Of a stretch of DNA of 45,518 nucleotides, positions 39,269 to 45,518 are shown piece after piece. Position 1 is the first letter of the stretch; each line of letters opens with the position of its first letter. The position numbers were made by a program, and so were the translations under genes. The notes below the pieces were generated by a model. The model saw nothing but the letters and a program-made list of their open reading frames with translations, was not told where the DNA came from and ran no database searches. Source of the stretch: an uncultured Aquisediminimonas sp. (lineage in GTDB: Bacteria > Pseudomonadota > Alphaproteobacteria > Sphingomonadales > Sphingomonadaceae); contig CBDUBW010000001.1 in assembly GCA_965365485.1 (NCBI GenBank), positions 1-45,518 on the forward strand, written 5' to 3'.

Positions 39269-39529
39269 CTACGGGCTCGACGGGCTGTTGTCACCGTCCG
39301 ACGCGATGATGATGCCGCCGATCACGGCCGCCGCTGCGAGCAGAGCGATGATTACGCTGCCGCCGCGAAGATTTTCGGCCTTGGTGGACTTGGCACCTTG
39401 GCGTGCCACCGACAGTGATGCAGCCTTGTTCGTCGCAGCCTGGCTCGCCGAAGCTGCCTGCGCGACCGTGGGGACCGCCACCATCGATACAGCAACAAAC
39501 GCTGCCGTCACCGCTTTACGAATGCTCAT
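39269..39529 (-). CDS. Small (86 aa) secreted protein with C-terminal hydrophobic helix, function unknown
   Basis: AAAGGGAG SD, Sec signal ending AQA, TM segment VIIALLAAAAVIGGIIIA, and a terminator 20 nt downstream. Confidence 0.85.
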   Translation of the reverse strand: MSIRKAVTAAFVAVSMVAVPTVAQAASASQAATNKAASLSVARQGAKSTKAENLRGGSVIIALLAAAAVIGGIIIASDGDNSPSSP

Positions 39530-39782
39530 CTTGAACTCCCTTTAAACGTCGCACTCAATCGAGTTGGGGCTAGTGGCATTGATTCGAGCACCACGCAAGT
39601 CAAAAACCGCATAAAATTGCCGTTGCCGACTTGCAGACGCGATACGAACCTTACCCTTTCCAAGCGCGATGTGTGCGATTCCGCGCTCGGCACCATAAAT
39701 GTCTTTCGCGATGAAAAGTTGCAATATCATTGCACCCCTGACTGAGAATTCGCTGCACGAATGCGACATTTCAGCCACAGCC

Positions 39783-39857
39783 TGGCTGGGGCGGCAGGAT
39801 TCGAACCTGCGAATGGCGGCATCAAAAGCCGCTGCCTTACCACTTGGCGACGCCCCA
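39783..39857 (-). tRNA. tRNA-Gln (anticodon TTG)
   Basis: TGGGGCGTCGCCAAGTGGTAAGGCAGCGGCTTTTGATGCCGCCATTCGCAGGTTCGAATCCTGCCGCCCCAGCCA: cloverleaf, GTTCGAA T-loop and encoded CCA. Confidence 0.97.
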
Positions 39858-39986
39858 CCGGCGGGAAACGCGCCTTACGCGGGTGCCTTCCGACTGGCAA
39901 CGCCCCTTTGCGGACTGCGGTGAAAGCGGTTGCGCCGTGCCGAGAAGCGTCTAGGCTCAAACCAACAGAATGTCAGGGAGTGATGT

Positions 39987-41540
39987 ATGATTTTCGGGCG
40001 CGTCAAGCCTCTCGACGCCATTCTTGCGACCGCTGAGAAGAAGTCGCTGCATCGGTCGCTCGGCGCGTTCCAGCTGACGATGTTGGGCATCGGCGCCGTC
40101 ATAGGCACCGGGATTTTCGTGCTGACCGCCGAGGCCGCGCAAAAGGCGGGGCCGGGCATGATGATTAGCTTCATCATCGCCGGACTGGTCTGCGCGGTCG
40201 CCGCGCTTTGTTATGCCGAGATGGCGTCGATGGTCCCCGTCTCGGGTTCGGCCTATACCTACAGCTATGCCGTGATGGGTGAGCTGATCGCGTGGATGGT
40301 CGGTTGGGCGCTGATCCTCGAATATGCCGTGGCCGCGGGTGCCGTTTCGGTCGGCTGGTCCGGTTACATGATAGGCTATGTCGAACATGCCTTCAGTATA
40401 GACGTTCCTGCGACCTTGACGCTTGGCCCGCTTGATGGCGGCGTCATCAATCTTCCAGCGATGATCATCGCCGGGTTGGTCACTTGGTTGCTGGTGATCG
40501 GCACCAAGGAAAGCGCCACGGTCAACGCGGCGCTCGTGGCGATCAAGATCGTCGCACTGACCGCTTTCGTCATCCTCGCCCTTCCTGTCATGAACATGGA
40601 GCAGTTCGAGCCGTTCTCGCCATTGGGCTTCGGCGGCATATCGGCGGCGGCGGCTTCAATCTTCTTCGCCTATGTCGGATTCGATGCCGTTTCGACCGCT
40701 GCCGAGGAAACCAAGAACCCGCAGCGCAACATGCCGATCGGTCTGATCGGTTCACTCGGCATCTGCACGATCTTCTACCTGCTCGTTTCGTCAGGCGTCA
40801 TCGGTTCGGTAGGGGCTCAGCCCGTTACGACCGCTGCTGGCGGTGCAATCGAACCCGGAACCGCTGAACTCACTGCGCGCTGCGCCGAACTTCAGAACCA
40901 GGCTGTCGTCTGTTCGAAGGAGGCGCTTGCGTGGACGCTGCGTGAAATCGGCTGGCCGCAGATCGGCAATCTTGTGGGTCTAGCGGCGATCCTTGCGCTG
41001 CCCTCGGTCATTTTGATGATGATGTTCGGCCAGACCCGTATCTTCTTCGTTATGAGCCGCGATGGACTTTTGCCCTCAGCTTTTTCGAAGATCCATCCAA
41101 AGTACAACACGCCGCACTTCATCACGATCCTAACGGGTATCGCGGTCGCGCTGTTCGCCGCGTTCTTCCCGGTCGGGCAACTTGCCAACATTTCGAATTC
41201 GGGCACCTTGTTCGCATTCGCGGCCGTCGCCTTCGCAGTAATGGCAATCCGCCGTTCGGACCCGTCACGTCATCGTCCGTTCCGGACGCCACTGATCTGG
41301 GTGACAGCGCCGCTTGCGGTCGCAGGCTGCGTCTATCTGTTCTTCAGCCTCGATACGAAGAGCATCATACTCTTCGGCATCTGGGCGGTAATCGGGCTTT
41401 TCGTATACTTTACCTACAGTCGCAGTCGCAGCCATGTCGGGCGCGGTATTGTGGAAGTTCACGAGGACGATAGCGGCATTCCGCCGCAACCGGTGCCACC
41501 CCTTCCTGGCGCACCCACCCCTGGCGGGAGGCAGGCCTAG
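39987..41540 (+). CDS. APC-family amino acid permease
   Basis: GIGAVIGTGIF, CYAEMASMVPVSGSAYTY, FFAYVGFD, AEETKNPQR and SRDGLLP. Confidence 0.95.
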   Translation: MIFGRVKPLDAILATAEKKSLHRSLGAFQLTMLGIGAVIGTGIFVLTAEAAQKAGPGMMISFIIAGLVCAVAALCYAEMASMVPVSGSAYTYSYAVMGELIAWMVGWALILEYAVAAGAVSVGWSGYMIGYVEHAFSIDVPATLTLGPLDGGVINLPAMIIAGLVTWLLVIGTKESATVNAALVAIKIVALTAFVILALPVMNMEQFEPFSPLGFGGISAAAASIFFAYVGFDAVSTAAEETKNPQRNMPIGLIGSLGICTIFYLLVSSGVIGSVGAQPVTTAAGGAIEPGTAELTARCAELQNQAVVCSKEALAWTLREIGWPQIGNLVGLAAILALPSVILMMMFGQTRIFFVMSRDGLLPSAFSKIHPKYNTPHFITILTGIAVALFAAFFPVGQLANISNSGTLFAFAAVAFAVMAIRRSDPSRHRPFRTPLIWVTAPLAVAGCVYLFFSLDTKSIILFGIWAVIGLFVYFTYSRSRSHVGRGIVEVHEDDSGIPPQPVPPLPGAPTPGGRQA

Positions 41541-42532
41541 CCTAGCCGTCCATCGACCAGCGCCCTGAGGTCCGCCTCGGGGCGCGGGCCGTAGTGCGAG
41601 ATAACTTCGGCGGCGCAAATTGCGCCCATCGTCAGACTGTCTGAAAGCGACCGCCCGTCGGCCTGGCCCGCGAGAAAGCCCGCGGCGAAAAGATCGCCAG
41701 CGCCGGTGGTATCGATAACTTTCTCGACCGGCTCGGCCTTAACCACGGCCTGCTCACCATTCTGAACCGCGACAGCGCCGTCAGCGCCACGCGTGACCAC
41801 CAGCGTGGGGACCTGGTCGGCCGCCCAGGCGACCGCTTCATCGAAACCGGTGAGGCCCGAGAGCGTCGCGATCTCGTCCTGATTGGCGAAGAGGATGTCG
41901 ATTTCGCCGTTCGCCATCATCGAGAGGAAAGCATCGCGATGGCCGTGGATGACGAAACTGTCCGACAGCGTGAAAGCGACCTTGCGGCCTGCCTCACGAG
42001 CCATTGCAATCGCGCCGGCCATCGCTTCGCGCGATTCGTCGGCGTTCCAGAGATAGCCTTCGAGATAAAGGATGCCCGCCCTCTCGATTGCCGCACGGTG
42101 GACTGCGGAAGCGTCGAGATATTGCGCGGCACCGAGAAAGGTGTTCATCGTCCGCTGGCCGTCGGGAGTGACGAAGATCAGGCATTGCGCCGTCGGCGGC
42201 TCGGGCGCACGCGGTGGAGTATCGAACGCGACGCCGATCGCGCGAATGTCATGGGTAAAAACGCGCCCGAACTGATCGTCGGCGACCTGGCCGATGAAAC
42301 CGCATTTGCGCCCCAGCGCCGCCATTCCGGCAATGGTATTGGCGGCCGATCCGCCACTCGATTCGACCGCTGGACCCATCCGGCCATACAGATCGGCGGC
42401 GCGTTGGGCGTCGACCAGTTGCATCCCGCCGCGCACCAGTCCCAGTTCAGCCACCAGCGCTTCGGAGGCGGGCGCAAGGATGTCGACGATGGCGTTACCG
42501 ATGGCGACGACGTCGAGGCACGGCTGGCTCAC
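41537..42532 (-). CDS. PfkB-family carbohydrate/adenosine kinase
   Basis: GNAIVD, SGGSAANT, GQRTMNT and DTTGAGDLFAAGF. GTG start at 42532 follows GGGAG. Confidence 0.93.
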   Translation of the reverse strand: MSQPCLDVVAIGNAIVDILAPASEALVAELGLVRGGMQLVDAQRAADLYGRMGPAVESSGGSAANTIAGMAALGRKCGFIGQVADDQFGRVFTHDIRAIGVAFDTPPRAPEPPTAQCLIFVTPDGQRTMNTFLGAAQYLDASAVHRAAIERAGILYLEGYLWNADESREAMAGAIAMAREAGRKVAFTLSDSFVIHGHRDAFLSMMANGEIDILFANQDEIATLSGLTGFDEAVAWAADQVPTLVVTRGADGAVAVQNGEQAVVKAEPVEKVIDTTGAGDLFAAGFLAGQADGRSLSDSLTMGAICAAEVISHYGPRPEADLRALVDGRLG

Positions 42533-42636
42533 ATGATACTCCCGTTTTAAGTGGCGCGCCCGCCTAGACCATGGCGGCCGAAAGGCAAATGGCGCGCGCT
42601 TGATGCCGTGCGCGCTCGCGGCTAGTCGCAGCCGAT

Positions 42637-43002
42637 ATGAAGACCTCCGCCGCCCTTGCGCTCGTCCTGACGCTCGCAGCCTGCGCCTCCGCCGTGCCCG
42701 AAGCGCGCCGCCCCCGCCCGATCGCGGCACCAATGCCAACCGCGACGGTTCCCGGTCTCGACAAGATCGTCGGTCGCGACGCCCGCTCGCTGGTGAGCAT
42801 GTTCGGCCCTGCCGCGCAGGATGTGCGCGAAGCCGACGCGCGCCGTCTTCAATTCGCAGGCGCCGGTTGTATCCTCGATGCCTATCTCTACCCACCGGCG
42901 CGCGGGAAGGAGCCTGTCGTCACGCATGTCGATACCCGCACCGCCGATGGCCGCCCTGCCGAGCGGTCGAGCTGCGCAGCGGCACTTTCGAAAGCGCGCT
43001 AG
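42637..43002 (+). CDS. Hypothetical lipoprotein
   Basis: Lipobox LAAC after a hydrophobic signal; CILDAYLY and a terminal Cys. Confidence 0.8.
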   Translation: MKTSAALALVLTLAACASAVPEARRPRPIAAPMPTATVPGLDKIVGRDARSLVSMFGPAAQDVREADARRLQFAGAGCILDAYLYPPARGKEPVVTHVDTRTADGRPAERSSCAAALSKAR

Positions 43003-43658
43003 TTTTTTTCGGGCGGCGGAACGGTGATCTTGACCGTTTCGCCCGAATTCCCCGGAAAGCCGGTGAACATCGCTCCGACCAGATTTGGCACCAATCGCGT
43101 GAGATTGTCATCGCGCGACATTGCCTTGGCCTTGCCTTCGAAGACGCGCTCGCCGCTCTTGCGCGCAATCGTGAGATCGAGGTCGCTGGTATAGACGGTG
43201 TAGCTTTCGATCTCGTCCGGGCCGAACAGGAATGGGTCATGAAAACCGTAGATGAAGCGGCTGCGTGCAAAGCCGTAATGCGGCCGCCAGCCATAGCCGT
43301 AGTAACCGAACCGATCCCACGGCCCGAAACCGTAGCCGAAGCCGGTGCCCGGCACGCTGCGGATCCGTTCGCGGCCATTATCGACGCCGTAATCGAGCGT
43401 AACGATCAAATCCGCCGCGGCAGCACTCGGCGCGGCGCGATAGCCCGCGGCTTCGAGCTTGCCCGATACCAGGCTCGCATAAGAGGCGAATTCGAGTCCG
43501 CCTTCGCGCCGCGGATCGCCGGGGACCACCGCAAAGCTCTGGCCCTGCGGCGGCGGCATCTGCTGGAAGCGATTGACCTGCGCACGAAAGCCGGTGGCGC
43601 ACCCGGCCAGGGCAAGCAGCGTCAGCGGCGCGGCGAGCTTGATGAAACGAAGACCCAT
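42999..43658 (-). CDS. Lipoprotein, DUF4136-like
   Basis: Lipobox LAGC, Gly/Tyr-rich insert, and L.I..K.GERVFEGKA...MFTGFP. Confidence 0.8.
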   Translation of the reverse strand: MGLRFIKLAAPLTLLALAGCATGFRAQVNRFQQMPPPQGQSFAVVPGDPRREGGLEFASYASLVSGKLEAAGYRAAPSAAAADLIVTLDYGVDNGRERIRSVPGTGFGYGFGPWDRFGYYGYGWRPHYGFARSRFIYGFHDPFLFGPDEIESYTVYTSDLDLTIARKSGERVFEGKAKAMSRDDNLTRLVPNLVGAMFTGFPGNSGETVKITVPPPEKN

Positions 43659-43759
43659 ATGATGCCCCTGCAACGGTCCGGCCTGATGGCCATAGCCTGC
43701 GGCTATGCGGGTTTCGCCGTGAATAACGCTTGAACGGTGAGGCGGGCCGGTAATGGCCG

Positions 43760-43767
43760 TTAACCAT
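43760..43767 (+). promoter_or_regulatory. TTAACCAT CtrA-associated motif (candidate)
   Basis: Exact 8-mer in the divergent intergenic region, preceded by GTAA at 6-nt spacing, so not a canonical TTAA-N7-TTAA. Confidence 0.4.
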
Positions 43768-43818
43768 TCGACAGCTATTCGATCCTTAGAAGGGGCAGCA
43801 GCTAATAAGGGGCAATCA

Positions 43819-44337
43819 ATGGGCGGTATGGCGCAGATCGAGGTTTCGCTCGATACCTGGAAGGCGATCGAGGCGGCGCGGCTCTCCCTCGCCGAAAGCC
43901 ATGACGAGATTGTCCGCCGCGCATTGGCGACGCGCCGAAGCGCGCGGCAAGACCCGCTGCGCACCGCCGCGCGCAAGGCGGCCCCTGCGGTCAGGCGACG
44001 CGGCGATATCAGCATCGAAGCCTTTGGCCGCCGCGAGCCCGTCGCGAATCTGAAAGCGGCCTATGTTGCGATCCTGACTGCGCTCGTCCGCCACAAGCCC
44101 GCGCTGTTCGAGCGGCTCGCAACCAAAGGCGGTTCGCGCCGGCGTTGGATTGCCCGCGAGGCCGCAGCGCTTTTCCCCACCAGCCCGCACCTTGCCCGCG
44201 ATCATGCCTATCCGCTCCCCGGCGAATGGTGGCTCGACACCAATTTATCGCGCGCGCAGATCGAAAAGCGGCTGGAGGAAGCCGCGAAGATTGCCGGCTA
44301 CCGCTATGGCGAGGATGTTCGGATCGTCGGCAACTAG
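43819..44337 (+). CDS. Hypothetical DNA-binding protein resembling SeqA (N-terminal RHH-like plus SeqA-C-like domain)
   Basis: AAGGGG SD; [11 protein letters not shown]...[11 protein letters not shown] and PGEWWLDTN match recalled SeqA motifs by eye. Confidence 0.65.
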   Translation: MGGMAQIEVSLDTWKAIEAARLSLAESHDEIVRRALATRRSARQDPLRTAARKAAPAVRRRGDISIEAFGRREPVANLKAAYVAILTALVRHKPALFERLATKGGSRRRWIAREAAALFPTSPHLARDHAYPLPGEWWLDTNLSRAQIEKRLEEAAKIAGYRYGEDVRIVGN

Positions 44338-45518
44338 CCAAGCGTCTCCAGCTTTTCCTCAGCGAGCCTGTCGAGTTCGGCGCGCGACTTGCGTTCGCTC
44401 GCCGTCTTCAATTGGCCACAAGCAGCATCGATGTCGCGACCGCGCGGGGTGCGGACGGGGGCGCTGATGCCCGCTTCGAAAACGATCTTGCTGAAGGCGC
44501 GGATACGATCGGGCGTCGAACATTCATAGGGCGCGCCCGGCCAAGGGTTAAAGGGGATGAGGTTCACCTTTGCCGGCAGCTTATACGCCTTGATCAGCCG
44601 CACCAGCTCGCGCGCATCGGCGTCGCTGTCATTCTTTCCCTTGAGCATGACATATTCGAAGGTGATGCGCCGCGCATTGTTCGCGCCGGGATAGTCGGCG
44701 CAGGCCTGAAGCAGCTCCTCGATGCCATATTTGCGGTTCAACGGCACGATCTCGTCGCGCACGTCCTTCGTCACCGCGTGAAGCGAGACCGCGAGATTGA
44801 CGCCGATTTCCTCGCCTGCACGCGCCATCATCGGCACCACGCCCGAGGTGCTGAGCGTGATGCGCCGCTTCGAAAGCGCGAGGCCATCGCCGTCCATCAC
44901 CACTTTCAGGGCATTGCGGACCGCGTCAAAGTTATAGAGCGGCTCACCCATCCCCATCATGACGATGTTGGTGAGCATCCGGCCATCCTGCGACGACGGC
45001 CATTCGCCAAGCGCATCGCGCGCGAGCATGACCTGGCCGACAATCTCGCCGGGCGTGAGATTGCGGACCAGCCGCATCGTGCCGGTATGGCAGAAGCGGC
45101 AATTGAGCGTGCAGCCGACCTGGCTCGATACGCACAACGTCCCCCGATCGGCGTCGGGGATGAAGACCATCTCATAATCCTGCGCATCGGGCGATCGCAG
45201 CAGCCACTTGCGCGTGCCGTCGGTCGAGACTTGCGCCTCGACCACCTCGGGCCGCCCGATTACGAAGCGTTCGGCGAGCCAAGGCTGTTGCGCGCGCGCG
45301 ATATCGGTCATCAGGGCGAAATCGGTGACGCCGCGATTGTAGATCCAGTGCCAGATCTGCTTGGCGCGCAGCTTCGCGGCCTTGGTATCAAGCCCCGCCG
45401 CTTCGAGCGCCTCGCGAATCGCGGGCTTCGCCAGCCCGACGAGATCGACGCGGCCATCGGCGCGCGCGCTTGGGGGGCGCGGCGTCACCACGGGATCGAT
45501 GTGACCGGGGATTTGCAT
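44334..45518 (-). CDS. rlmN: Dual-specificity 23S rRNA A2503/tRNA A37 C2-methyltransferase (radical SAM)
   Basis: [32 protein letters not shown] and DIDAACGQL. The true start may lie just beyond the window edge. Confidence 0.96.
   Translation of the reverse strand: MQIPGHIDPVVTPRPPSARADGRVDLVGLAKPAIREALEAAGLDTKAAKLRAKQIWHWIYNRGVTDFALMTDIARAQQPWLAERFVIGRPEVVEAQVSTDGTRKWLLRSPDAQDYEMVFIPDADRGTLCVSSQVGCTLNCRFCHTGTMRLVRNLTPGEIVGQVMLARDALGEWPSSQDGRMLTNIVMMGMGEPLYNFDAVRNALKVVMDGDGLALSKRRITLSTSGVVPMMARAGEEIGVNLAVSLHAVTKDVRDEIVPLNRKYGIEELLQACADYPGANNARRITFEYVMLKGKNDSDADARELVRLIKAYKLPAKVNLIPFNPWPGAPYECSTPDRIRAFSKIVFEAGISAPVRTPRGRDIDAACGQLKTASERKSRAELDRLAEEKLETLG

Noticed and set aside
39783-39857. tRNA-Gln as attachment site of an integrative element or prophage
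   Set aside because: No integrase or phage genes, and no duplicated tRNA 3' end found by eye.
41537-42895. Extended N-termini in ORF-track calls (pfkB to 42895, DUF4136 to 44015, ubiB from 9155, wzx from 16793, hisF from 18720)
   Set aside because: The extensions overlap neighbouring genes; internal starts with SD or stop-start coupling fit better.
1-45518. CRISPR arrays, IS elements, rRNA, anti-phage defence operons
   Set aside because: No repeat-spacer periodicity, transposase motifs or rRNA seen. The HerA-like gene looks like the common YjgR type and its downstream partner is outside the window.

Overview
GC-rich alphaproteobacterial chromosome segment. Gene content and protein style suggest Sphingomonadales; this is an inference, since no taxonomic marker was searched. 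The left arm (1-10.9 kb) is mostly housekeeping: partial HerA/DUF853 ATPase, hflK-hflC-degP, a TonB-dependent receptor, Mrp/ApbC, a CoA-binding protein and ubiE-ubiB. The centre (10.9-39.5 kb) is a ~28 kb Wzx/Wzy-type surface-glycan locus between ubiB and tRNA-Gln(TTG). It encodes a priming sugar transferase, GDP-fucose synthesis (gmd/fcl), a complete WbpA/B/E/D/I-like 2,3-diacetamido-uronic acid pathway, a HisH/HisF/WbpG-like amidotransferase trio, Wzx, a putative Wzy, an O-antigen-ligase-family protein, Wza/Wzc, three elongating glycosyltransferases, five different methyltransferases, a putative Tat-exported beta-helix protein and a small secreted membrane-anchored protein. The right arm has an APC permease, a PfkB kinase, two lipoproteins, rlmN and an unannotated protein. 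By eye that protein aligns end to end with E. coli SeqA and has a TTAACCAT (CtrA-type) motif upstream. The two most interesting hypotheses are (1) a SeqA-like protein in a CcrM/CtrA lineage and (2) a ligase plus small-protein glycan-anchoring system in a probably LPS-lacking lineage. All homology calls come from motif recognition by eye, not database searches.
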